Below, in pieces: positions 43,057 to 52,420 of a DNA stretch of 64,000 nucleotides. Position 1 is the first letter of the stretch, and every line of letters starts with the position of its first letter. Where the stretch lies: NCBI GenBank assembly GCA_963777505.1, contig CAVZQN010000003.1:544001-608000 (forward strand). Direction: 5' to 3'. The notes below the pieces were generated by a model. It was not told the DNA's origin and did no database searches. It saw only the letters and a program-made list of their open reading frames with translations. Origin of the DNA: an uncultured bacterium. GTDB taxonomy: Bacteria > Acidobacteriota > HRBIN11 > JAKEFK01. The position numbers and the translations under genes are program-made.

Positions 43057-44397
43057 ATGGCTGCTAATCTCTTCAAAAAGTTGTACGGCAGTTCAGTCAT
43101 AGCAAGAAATCTTCCGCATCAAACAAACGTTCCATTCCTGCCGCGTGAAGAATTACATCGACTGCGCGACAAGCGTCTTCGGGAAATGATTGACTATGCC
43201 GCAAATACGGTTCCATATTACAGAACCTTTTTCAAAGAACACAAAATTGATCCATCCGAAATCAAGACCGTTGATGATCTGATCCGGCTCCCACTCATTG
43301 ATAAACAAACAGTTCGTAACGCGCCTCGCACTTTTGTCTCTGAATCAAAGGAAGGCAAGGAATCGATTCAATTTGTTACAAGTGGTACGACAGGTAAGCC
43401 GCTTGAAATTTATCATGATGTGAAATCACTACTTGCGAATATTGCTTTTGGAGAAAGAGAGAAAGATGTTGTCAAAAAGCTTCTTACAGGTTTCAGCTAC
43501 AAGGAGCTTTATTTTGGCTACACATCATCCACAATACAAAAGGTAAGAGACATTTATAATGAATGGACTTTTTCCGCCTCTCAAGAACAAAAACTATTTC
43601 TTTCCGTTCTTCAGCCTTTGGACGAGATTCTGGATGGGATCAATCGTTTTAAGCCTACTTTAATTGTGGGCTATGGCTCGTTTTTGGAAATATTATTCCG
43701 CACAATCCATCAAAGAGAAATTCAAATTCATTTGCCGAAACTATTGATCTATGTAGCAGAAGCAATGACACCTGAAGGAAGAAGGTTGATTGAGGACTCT
43801 TTTACGATTCCGGTGCTTTCAAGATACAACGCCGTAGAAATTTTCAAAATTGGATATTTTTGCGAAGCGCGTAAAGGGTTCCACGTTCATGAAGATCTTT
43901 GTCACCTAAGGATTGTTGATTCGGCGAAAAAGACGGCAAAAACAGGTGAGAAGGGAGAAGTTGTTATTTCGAATTTCGTAAATAAAGGTACGGTTTTGCT
44001 GAATTATCGTTTAGGAGATATTGCTGCAATAATGGATGAAGAATGTCCTTGTGGTAGAACCTTCCGGATTCTATCTGAATTAGAAGGGCGAACAGAAGAT
44101 ATTGTTTTTCTTCCTGATGGAAGTTTTGTCCATCCACGCGCAATTTGGAGTGTATTTAAAGACAGTCACGGAGTCCTTCAGTATCAGCTTATTCAATATG
44201 AACCACAGCGTTTTGAATTGAAACTCGTCACCGTTGATAAGAAATCATATGACGCTGTGATTGAAAAGATTTTAAGAGAGTTGAAAGCTCTATTCGGAAT
44301 TTCTTGCTCTATAGAAAGTGACTTTTATACCGAAATTAATAGAGAAGGAAAATTCCGGCCGGTTATCTCTCATTGCAGGCCTAGCGAATACAAATAA
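43057..44397 (+). CDS. Phenylacetate-CoA ligase/F390 synthetase-like adenylate-forming enzyme
   Basis: VPYYR, LPLIDK, TSGTTGKP, LLNYRLGD, CPCGR, EGRTED. Confidence 0.85.
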   Translation: MAANLFKKLYGSSVIARNLPHQTNVPFLPREELHRLRDKRLREMIDYAANTVPYYRTFFKEHKIDPSEIKTVDDLIRLPLIDKQTVRNAPRTFVSESKEGKESIQFVTSGTTGKPLEIYHDVKSLLANIAFGEREKDVVKKLLTGFSYKELYFGYTSSTIQKVRDIYNEWTFSASQEQKLFLSVLQPLDEILDGINRFKPTLIVGYGSFLEILFRTIHQREIQIHLPKLLIYVAEAMTPEGRRLIEDSFTIPVLSRYNAVEIFKIGYFCEARKGFHVHEDLCHLRIVDSAKKTAKTGEKGEVVISNFVNKGTVLLNYRLGDIAAIMDEECPCGRTFRILSELEGRTEDIVFLPDGSFVHPRAIWSVFKDSHGVLQYQLIQYEPQRFELKLVTVDKKSYDAVIEKILRELKALFGISCSIESDFYTEINREGKFRPVISHCRPSEYK

Positions 44398-44431
44398 GAG
44401 TTCATAAGTTCCTTCCTCAGGGTTCAGCTAG

Positions 44432-45139
44432 TTACATACGTTTTGCGACAACAAAAAAATTTCGTCCAGCAAACTGTACGCCTGGAAGGTTGCTGAAACG
44501 CTCTAGGGATTTTGAAATACGAAGAGAAGGGATTGGATTTCTACCGGGATTCAGAAAAAAATTGTAGAAGCCATAGTCTACGATTTCAAAGCCGTTGCTT
44601 CTTAAATCTTTTTTTAGTTCTGCAAGAGTGTAAAGATGAAATGACTCTTTCGATCTTGGTTTTAGTCTCGCGTTCATTTTAAGCAGGAGACTCGACTTGT
44701 TTGTGCACGTAAAAACTAAAAATCCATCGGGTTTTAATATGCGGAAAGCTTCTTTATAAAATTTTTCTGGTGATTCGAAACATCCCATGACTGATACTGC
44801 GATGACTCCGTGAAAGCCTTTCGCATGAAAAGGAAATTGTTCAGCGGTGCCCTGTAACAAGTTCAAATGTTCGAAGCGTTTCTTTGCTGACGCGATCATG
44901 CTTCGATCATGATCGAGGCAAATTAACTTGAGTCCTTGAGCGGATAGATCGTTAGCGAGATGTCCGGTTCCACAGCCAACATCAAGCCAATATTGTCCTT
45001 TACTGCTACGGGACAAACTTATTTCTTGAGCGATTTTTGTGCCGCGATGAAAAATCCATTGTGCGGGATCAAGTTTGGCTGAATCATAGATTTGAGCCCA
45101 CTCTTCTGGATCGAATTTATCGCTAAATTTTCCGTGCAT
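44432..45139 (-). CDS. Class I SAM-dependent methyltransferase
   Basis: LDVGCGTG; RILKPDG. Confidence 0.88.
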   Translation of the reverse strand: MHGKFSDKFDPEEWAQIYDSAKLDPAQWIFHRGTKIAQEISLSRSSKGQYWLDVGCGTGHLANDLSAQGLKLICLDHDRSMIASAKKRFEHLNLLQGTAEQFPFHAKGFHGVIAVSVMGCFESPEKFYKEAFRILKPDGFLVFTCTNKSSLLLKMNARLKPRSKESFHLYTLAELKKDLRSNGFEIVDYGFYNFFLNPGRNPIPSLRISKSLERFSNLPGVQFAGRNFFVVAKRM

Positions 45140-45170
45140 CCATCCATCAATCCGTTAATCCACTCATTTA

Positions 45171-45248
45171 GCAGGCAAGGATGCCTGCGGCCCGAAATGC
45201 GGACAAGATGTCCGCGCTCCGTAATGCGGACGAGACGCTTGCGCTCCG
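45171..45248. repeat. Cluster of three tandem REP-like palindromic units (~27 bp period)
   Basis: GCAGGCAAGGATGCCTGCGGCCCG / TGCGGACAAGATGTCCGCGCTCCG / TGCGGACGAGACGCTTGCGCTCCG. Confidence 0.75.
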
Positions 45249-45259
45249 AAAGCGGTCTC

Positions 45260-46823
45260 TTATTGCTTAATCAGAGTTTGCATTTTAAAGCCGCTTGATA
45301 CTTGTGGCTTTTCGCGAATGATTTGTAGCGTATCCGCTTGCTTCCAAAAATGGGACGCGATGTTCGCTCCAGGACCTTTGCTGCGTAAGTTATTCAAAAT
45401 TGCATTAGCAAAATATTTTTCATCCCGGGATCTTCACATGCGGACTGATTTTAATCATTAATTTTACCAATCCGTCTTCATTTTGACTTTCTATATACTG
45501 ATAATCATCCGGCGCCCCACCGACACTTTGTATCAATTCTGCTATAACTTCATCCAGCACTGACCCAGGCAGAGTCATTCCTTCATATGTGAACTTATCA
45601 AAACTTCGAACTTGTGAAACAAGCAAGTTCATTCCTGTATTTCCAAACAAACAAGCGCAAGTTCTTTCACGAAGTGTTCCATGATCCCCAAGTTCTGTAT
45701 TGAGTAAAACCTTGGGAGTATTTTCGGATAGCGTTGTAAACAATAAGGCCTTCACATACTTATTGTCGGAAGCGGCATGCCGTTCGCGCTGAATCAACGC
45801 CATACGATCCGTGTAAACGTGCATCGAGTCGGCTTCGTCAGCATGATTGCATCCTCCTGCGATCAATCCAGATTCTGTTGCAACAAAACGTGCAAATGCT
45901 TTTACACCAGCCGATTGAAGATATTTGAATCTTCGATCCGTTAATGCCTCACCGCCTGTGAACATGGTACAACCACTGATGTCTATTCCTTTTTCAATTG
46001 CCGCTTGTACAATTCGAATCGCGGAGCTTGCAAAAGTTTTTACAATACAAAGTCCTTTTTCCTTGAGTTGTTTTTCGATCCAAATTGCAATTCGATCTGC
46101 CGAAGACATTTCAATGAATTCAGGTGGTGAAACTGGTGTCCCAAGAATTTGGCTGCATCGAATAACGTATTGCATCTTTGCGCGGCTTTTGAAATCAGGC
46201 TGTAGTTGAGAAAACCATTTGTCGGGAGGCTTTCGAAATCGCAAATGCATCAACAGATTGTGGATTCCTGAAATGCTTGGAAGAGAAGGAAGCCAGAAAG
46301 CTGAGGGGGCATTGGATAATCCATGAGTCTCATAAAGCAACATTTCATTTGCAGATTCTTCGGATATAAAGGCCCAATCGTAAAGCATTCTGGTTGGTGT
46401 AGAGGTTGTGCCGCTTGTCGAAGCACGAATGCCTTCCGGTAAGAGACGAGGATTATCGAAATCTGATTCTCTAGTCTCAATAGTCAGTCCATTCCTGCAA
46501 ATTGGAATCTGTGATTTGAATTCTTCCCGCGTTAGATAAACACCATCATCCCTCAATGTTTCAAGGCTAGCTTGTAACCCAATGGAACGAATGCTTTTTT
46601 CTAAATCACTGTAGTGACAATCAACACTGGACAAAAGTTTGCTGTATGGACTCTGAGGGTTGTCATAGATTAATTTTTTACAAGCTTCCAGGAATCTTTT
46701 TTCTTTGTTTTCAATTCGAAGCTTAATTTCCTGAATCGCTTGATCACGGAGAAGGGGCCTGCGTAAATAGGGTAAGAATCCTAAAGCAACTTTCAATTCG
46801 CGATGGATCTGGCTGATGCGCAT
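45260..46823 (-). CDS. Divergent PaaK/F390-synthetase-like adenylate-forming protein; apparent +1 frameshift near 45424
   Basis: STSGTT, TGGEAL, LLNTELGDHG, C.C motifs. Removing one base in ATCCCGGGATGA extends the frame (PDEKYFANAILNNL...TLIKQ) to TAA at 45260. Confidence 0.7.
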
Positions 46824-46825
46824 TG

Positions 46826-47683
46826 TTACGATTCAGCCATCACTTTATCCAGAAAATTCAAATCAACATAATCCGTTGGTATTTTCTTTATGTACCCTAA
46901 CTCTTTCATTAAAAACAGTACTTTCTCTCTCGCTTGTGTATTTCGCACTGCTCCAACATCAGGCTGGTTCCGTAAGAGCGCTTGGTGGATGAAGCGTGGA
47001 TTAATTCCAATATGACGGTATGAAATTTCGGCAGTTTCTTCAGGGTTTTGTTTAACAAACTTCCATCCGTGAACGAAACCTCGAACGACCCGTTCAACAA
47101 TCTCAGGATTATTGTTTTTAAAGGGAACCGTTGTTGAAAGTGAGCATCCTGGTGCTCCCGGCCAGACATCACCGGTCCGTTTTACAATCCTTCCAATTCC
47201 AAGTAGCTCAAGCATGGTTGCATACGGTTCAACCATTGAAGCCGCATCCACACCTTCTCCGAAAAACGAGATGATTGCGCCATCTCCCGAAGGTTGACGG
47301 ATTAGATCAACATTTTTCCATCCGAGGCTTTCCATCAAACCCATTGCTGTGAGATCTTTCATTCCGCCGCGAAGCGGAACCGCAACTTTCTTAACTTCAG
47401 TAATATCCAGATTCTTACGTACAACAATCGCAGCTTCTTCAAATCCCGAACCAGCGACTACGACAAGTGGAATGTCATTTACTTCAGCCGCAGCAACACG
47501 TGTCCATGGAATTACTGCAAATTGGCTCTCGCCACTCATTAACTTAACAGGAACCATCCACGCAGTTGGCTCAATATTGATTTCTGAATCGATGTCTTCT
47601 TCTTGAAAATATCCTTTTGCATGAGCTACATAAGCCGGTGTTTGACATACACCACGTAATAATGAGAAACGAACTTTCGTCAT
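46826..47683 (-). CDS. SsuA/NMT1/THI5-like periplasmic-binding-protein-fold protein lacking a signal peptide
   Basis: PAYVAHAKGYFQEEDI, G.VDAASMVEP, NNPEIVERVVRGF; no hydrophobic N-terminus. Confidence 0.75.
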   Translation of the reverse strand: MTKVRFSLLRGVCQTPAYVAHAKGYFQEEDIDSEINIEPTAWMVPVKLMSGESQFAVIPWTRVAAAEVNDIPLVVVAGSGFEEAAIVVRKNLDITEVKKVAVPLRGGMKDLTAMGLMESLGWKNVDLIRQPSGDGAIISFFGEGVDAASMVEPYATMLELLGIGRIVKRTGDVWPGAPGCSLSTTVPFKNNNPEIVERVVRGFVHGWKFVKQNPEETAEISYRHIGINPRFIHQALLRNQPDVGAVRNTQAREKVLFLMKELGYIKKIPTDYVDLNFLDKVMAES

Positions 47684-47710
47684 TTGCGTTTTCTCCCCAG
47701 GTGATTCGGG

Positions 47711-49168
47711 TTAATTGCTTTTTAAAGTCTCAGCAATTCCATCTTGTGTTAATTTAAGCAAGCCGGGAGCTATATCAAGCAATGAAATGTTTTGCCTTTC
47801 AAATTTTTGCACGATGCTAGGCCCGGCACAAGCAAAAAATCCAGTTTCTGTATGATTATTCGTTCGGTAAAGTTTCGGTTTTTGCTGTGTCAATTCCGTT
47901 TCAGGATGTTGAACTCGCTCCAAAAAGTACGAAGTTGGCCTCCACTTTATGAATATGTCAGGCAGGTCATTAGGAGGTCCTGTATGGAAAATATCTGCAG
48001 TTCGAATTACTTTTTCCACCGCAGGGAGATTCGATACCGGATCTATCAGTTGTTTAAGATTGGTTTCTAATTCATTCAACAACTGCGTGTATTCATTTCC
48101 TTGTTTCACAATTCCTTGAGGTTCGCGTCCTTCCAGGTTGACGCGAAGCAGTCCGGTGTAGTTTGAAGGAAGAGCAAAGGCTCTTGTCTTTCCCCAGTTC
48201 GTGTTCCTGCCAAACAAATCCGAAAGAAAGCGTTGTCGAAGTTTCGGTGGCAAAACGGAACCAGCAGCGCTGCGCAATGTTTCTGGAATGACCTTTTGCG
48301 CAAACGCGCCTGGTTTGAATGAAGGCACATGATTTTTATGTTTGATCTGGTATCCCAGTTTCAAACAGAACGCTTGTGTCAGCCCACCTGTTGGATTCTG
48401 ATCTGATATTCCCATCGGGCTAACGATAAAAATGTTTGCATTCTGAGGCAATTGTTGAAGCATGTGATTGAACTGAAGATCAATCTCTTGATAAACATTG
48501 CGGAGTGGATTTGGGATACTTCCGCTATTATTGCGATATTTCCAAAATTGATGTCCTGCAATATGGGATTCTGAAAACACAATCACGATCAAATCGAATT
48601 GCTCTTGCTGCAAAAACTGGCAGGCGAATGCTCCTTTCTTTTGTATCCTTTTTATTAGCAGTTGATAAATCCGGTTATCGTCTTCCTCTGAGGCGCTGAA
48701 CTTTTCTCCTGCGTTTATCTGCGGCCCGGCAGTCTTGAGGAATTCGGAAGGGTTGCTGGATGGAGAATCCATCGCATTGTGTATCGCCCAATTTGACAAT
48801 TGATATCCCGTTAGTCCTTTGATGGGATAAACCTCAGGCGCATCAATGATCAATATCTTCGATTGCAAGGATTGCCAAAACGGATAAGCTTTCGAATTAG
48901 CGAGGTTGACAGGCCTGACATCATAGGTTCCTGGGACGAGTTGGCGGAAGTAGTAGTAGCCATGATCTGATCGTGACATTCCGCTGAAAAGAGAAAGCCA
49001 TAAACCATGCGCAGAAATCATTTCATGATCAGAAATTTCGCCGCAGTTCCCATTCCGGATAATTGAAGCTACATTCGGAAGATAGCCTTCATTGCTCCAA
49101 CGTTTTAAGAATTCGGGAACACCAGCATCGATGCCAAAAACCACAAGAGGAATGTTTTTGATTTTCAA
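47711..49168 (-). CDS. Alkaline phosphatase superfamily protein (nucleotide pyrophosphatase/phosphodiesterase-like)
   Basis: VFGIDAG, W.S.FSG..DHG.Y, SHIAGHQFW, LRVNLEGREPQG, DIAP. Confidence 0.8.
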   Translation of the reverse strand: MKIKNIPLVVFGIDAGVPEFLKRWSNEGYLPNVASIIRNGNCGEISDHEMISAHGLWLSLFSGMSRSDHGYYYFRQLVPGTYDVRPVNLANSKAYPFWQSLQSKILIIDAPEVYPIKGLTGYQLSNWAIHNAMDSPSSNPSEFLKTAGPQINAGEKFSASEEDDNRIYQLLIKRIQKKGAFACQFLQQEQFDLIVIVFSESHIAGHQFWKYRNNSGSIPNPLRNVYQEIDLQFNHMLQQLPQNANIFIVSPMGISDQNPTGGLTQAFCLKLGYQIKHKNHVPSFKPGAFAQKVIPETLRSAAGSVLPPKLRQRFLSDLFGRNTNWGKTRAFALPSNYTGLLRVNLEGREPQGIVKQGNEYTQLLNELETNLKQLIDPVSNLPAVEKVIRTADIFHTGPPNDLPDIFIKWRPTSYFLERVQHPETELTQQKPKLYRTNNHTETGFFACAGPSIVQKFERQNISLLDIAPGLLKLTQDGIAETLKSN

Positions 49169-50640
49169 TCCTGACGCGCAAAAAGGCCAAGCGCTTTTAC
49201 AAGCCTTGATTCAACGGGAAATCTTACATCCATATTTCTGACGCGATACCGCGCCAACGGTGAATAAAGCTTTGCAAGTCCAACCACAATTGGATTGGTT
49301 TTTCTATAAGGATTGACAAAGTTCTCACCGAGAAACATTAACGGGAAATCAAGATTCTCAATCAGGTTTTTTGTACTGGGCGTAATCCATGTTGATTCTT
49401 TTGGAATATTGCGGAAATTAAACTTTGCCCATTCTTCAAGGCGATCCGGTTCTTTCAATCCGCATTGAAGCGCGACGGAATACAATTCAGTGCCGGGATA
49501 GGGTGTATATATATTGAAAGTTTTCGCAGACTTCGGATTTTCTCTGACTAGTTGGTCAGCTAGTTGAATGCTTTGTTGAAATTCATCGGGTGTTTCTGTC
49601 GGCATTCCCATCATGAATAAATAAAGCGGGATGATGGGATAAGGCGCGATCTTACGGTTGGCTTCAACTACTTCTTCGACACTGACATCTTTCTTAATTA
49701 GGTCCAGCACCCGTTGGCTTCCCGATTCAATTCCAACCGTTAATCTCTTCACTCCGGCTTTGACCAAAAGATCCAAGAACTCTTTATCCATCTTGCAGAT
49801 CGTATCGGCACGGATTTGCAGCTTACTGATTGTGATATTTAGATTCGCCTGAACGATTCCCTCCAGAATTCCATACGCTCTTTTCATATCAATGAAGAAA
49901 TGATCGTCCGTAAATAAGAATCCGTGAATGTTGTAATCTCGAATGATTTGTTTCAATTGATCCAAAACAGTTTCAGGCTGCATGGCGCGCCATTTCCTTT
50001 GGTGCATTACCGGATCCCAGCAAAAACTGCAACGAAACGTGCATCCGCGGCTTGAATTAAATGTGATGTGATCAACACCAAACAAAGTCCGCCTGTATTT
50101 ATCCATGTCCACAAGATGATAAGAAAGAGATGGTTCTGAATTAATATTTACAAACGGACGGCTTCCTGTGAATTGAATTTTGCCATCCTGTTTATATCCA
50201 ATCCCATTCACTGTGCTCAGTGGTGTTCCTGATTGAAATGCTTTCACCAGTTCTTCAAAAGTTTCTTCACCTTCACCGACAACAACAACATCTATATACG
50301 GATTTTTTAAGGTCTGTTCCGGAAGTAAACTTGCATGAATTCCACCCCAAACAACTGGTGTGTCAGGGTATTTTTCTTTAAATGTTTTCGATGCTTCAAG
50401 AGCGCGCAATATTTGTGGACCAGTCATCGAGGTAACGCCAAGACAGATCGGTTTAGTAGACATCGCCTGCCGAAATTCCACTTCCCAATTGGGATCCGCA
50501 AATTGATCAACGATTTTGATTTTGTATCCCTGTCGATCAAGACGAGTTGCAGGACAAAGCACACTTAACGGCAATTCAACGCGTCGATGTGCTTGAAAGC
50601 CGGCACGCGGAGCGGGATTAAACAGGACAACATCAATCAC
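49165..50640 (-). CDS. B12-binding domain radical SAM protein
   Basis: VWGGIHAS, VGEGEET, SRGCTFRCSFC (CxxxCxxC), GIESGS, TPYPGT. Confidence 0.92.
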   Translation of the reverse strand: MIDVVLFNPAPRAGFQAHRRVELPLSVLCPATRLDRQGYKIKIVDQFADPNWEVEFRQAMSTKPICLGVTSMTGPQILRALEASKTFKEKYPDTPVVWGGIHASLLPEQTLKNPYIDVVVVGEGEETFEELVKAFQSGTPLSTVNGIGYKQDGKIQFTGSRPFVNINSEPSLSYHLVDMDKYRRTLFGVDHITFNSSRGCTFRCSFCWDPVMHQRKWRAMQPETVLDQLKQIIRDYNIHGFLFTDDHFFIDMKRAYGILEGIVQANLNITISKLQIRADTICKMDKEFLDLLVKAGVKRLTVGIESGSQRVLDLIKKDVSVEEVVEANRKIAPYPIIPLYLFMMGMPTETPDEFQQSIQLADQLVRENPKSAKTFNIYTPYPGTELYSVALQCGLKEPDRLEEWAKFNFRNIPKESTWITPSTKNLIENLDFPLMFLGENFVNPYRKTNPIVVGLAKLYSPLARYRVRNMDVRFPVESRLVKALGLFARQD

Positions 50641-51239
50641 TAAACACCTCTTCTTGGCAGATTGAAAATTTTTCCTATATGCCCATACTGTTCGTCTGCT
50701 AAACGGGCAAGCGGACGTAACAAATTCTCTTGAATCTCTCCATCCATATATAGAGCATCATCAATATGGAATAACAATACTTTTGCAATAACTAAAGAAT
50801 GATTCGATTCACCGAGGGTTAATATGTATTCCATTCGGCACTCCATTTGAATTGGAGATTCAGAAATTCGCGGTGCCTTTACAATTTCAGCAGGGATCGC
50901 AGTGATGCCAGCTTTTTCAAATTCGCTGACCGTGGGCGGATAGTCAGACGATGTTGTATTTACAGCCAGAGCGTGACTTTCCGTGACAATGTTGACAACA
51001 AACTCACCGCAGAATTCAATATTTTTTAACGTATCTTTCTTTTCGCCATCACGCCTTGCAATCGAAACTGCGATCATCGGAGGTTTTGTTGCAACAAACG
51101 TGAAACAACTGAATGGCGCAACATTGTTGATCCCGTTTTCTCCAACAGTTGAAATCCAGGCAATAGGACGCGGGACTACACATCCTTTCAAGAGGCGGTG
51201 AGCGTTATCGTCATCTAATCGACTGGGATCAATCCGCAT
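50640..51239 (-). CDS. Flavin reductase-like protein
   Basis: VVPRPIAWIST, NVAPFS, KDTLKNI..GEFVVN, APRISESP, PLARL. Confidence 0.9.
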   Translation of the reverse strand: MRIDPSRLDDDNAHRLLKGCVVPRPIAWISTVGENGINNVAPFSCFTFVATKPPMIAVSIARRDGEKKDTLKNIEFCGEFVVNIVTESHALAVNTTSSDYPPTVSEFEKAGITAIPAEIVKAPRISESPIQMECRMEYILTLGESNHSLVIAKVLLFHIDDALYMDGEIQENLLRPLARLADEQYGHIGKIFNLPRRGV

Positions 51240-52420
51240 TTTTCTTCAACATATTTACGAAGCTCTGTTGTTAATGAACATTCTGCCGGAATCACAAATT
51301 CAGGTACCGCGGCACTTTCGGGTAAGGGACCTGCTCCGCCAGTTAAACAGCAAAGGACAGACTCACCGCGGCAGATCAAACCGTCGTTGATCGCTTTCAA
51401 TATTCCAGTACCCGCAAGAAGCCCGGCCTTTTCAATGTAATCTGCTTTGCCATTCACGCGGATGACGGTCGGTTGTATGCCTGCCTTTGTAAGAAGTTCG
51501 AGATAATCATCAAGATATTTTTCAAAATCTGCGACACGAACCGCCATCATATGTCCGCCTACAACTTGCAATATCTCATTGAGTAGGGGATAGGTTTGTG
51601 CCGGATTTGCGTTATAAAGCGCGGGTTCTATGAAAGGCTCACCAGTGCCATCAAAATTTGTGGATGCTAAATTATCCCGTTTGTTATTCCATGCTTCAAC
51701 AATTGGTGAAACTCTTGCTTGTTGTATTCCCAAAAATTTTGGAATCCATTGCGGATCAATTTCTCCTGATTGCGAAAGTTCTCGCAAGGTTGTAAAAACT
51801 CCAATCGGACCGAACCCTGCACATACTGCCTGACCGAGCCAATGAAATCCGTGCTTCATTTGTCTCATCGATTCAGCAATGAACAAACTACGGAAACGGG
51901 CTGAAAGGAGCCTCCATTCCATTTTTGGGATTACAGGTATATTGCAGAATGAAGCAAAAAGAGTTGCTGCTTCTTTTACCCTTTGATCCTGTCCTTGAAT
52001 CGCAATGAGATGTGCGCCAGGACGTTCAAAGAGTCTTCCATCCAGTTTGAATAGAGTATTTGTTGGGCAGAAAAAGAAAGTTTCCAGGCCAATTTTGCCG
52101 GCGTAATCTGTTAATGCGACACCAGTATTTGCACCGGATGAAAATGCAACTTGTTTGTATCCTGAATTTTTGCAAATCGCTGTTGTAAGACAACCATCAA
52201 GCGACTTATATGTTCCCGTTTTCATTCCACTCGATTCATCCAGTAAGAAAAGCTGAACGCCATGATATTCACCAAGTTCCAGGATCCGTGAACCCTCTTG
52301 CTGTGTAGTGAGTTGAATCGCATCAATCAATCCATCGGAAAGCAAAGCAGAGGCATAGCGCAAAATTAGTCTGCTGCCTGAACTATATGAAGGATCAATC
52401 TCAAATCGAAGCTGATTCAT
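51215..52420 (-). CDS. PLP-dependent fold-type II enzyme, threonine/cysteate synthase-like
   Basis: DES..MKTGTYKSLDG (PLP Lys), SSGANTG, QAVCAGFGP, CCLTGG. Likely start MNQLRFE at 52420. Confidence 0.7.
   Translation of the reverse strand: MNQLRFEIDPSYSSGSRLILRYASALLSDGLIDAIQLTTQQEGSRILELGEYHGVQLFLLDESSGMKTGTYKSLDGCLTTAICKNSGYKQVAFSSGANTGVALTDYAGKIGLETFFFCPTNTLFKLDGRLFERPGAHLIAIQGQDQRVKEAATLFASFCNIPVIPKMEWRLLSARFRSLFIAESMRQMKHGFHWLGQAVCAGFGPIGVFTTLRELSQSGEIDPQWIPKFLGIQQARVSPIVEAWNNKRDNLASTNFDGTGEPFIEPALYNANPAQTYPLLNEILQVVGGHMMAVRVADFEKYLDDYLELLTKAGIQPTVIRVNGKADYIEKAGLLAGTGILKAINDGLICRGESVLCCLTGGAGPLPESAAVPEFVIPAECSLTTELRKYVEEKCGLIPVD

Noticed and set aside
45171-45248. CRISPR array
   Set aside because: Only three degenerate units with 3-nt gaps rather than spacers, and no cas genes.
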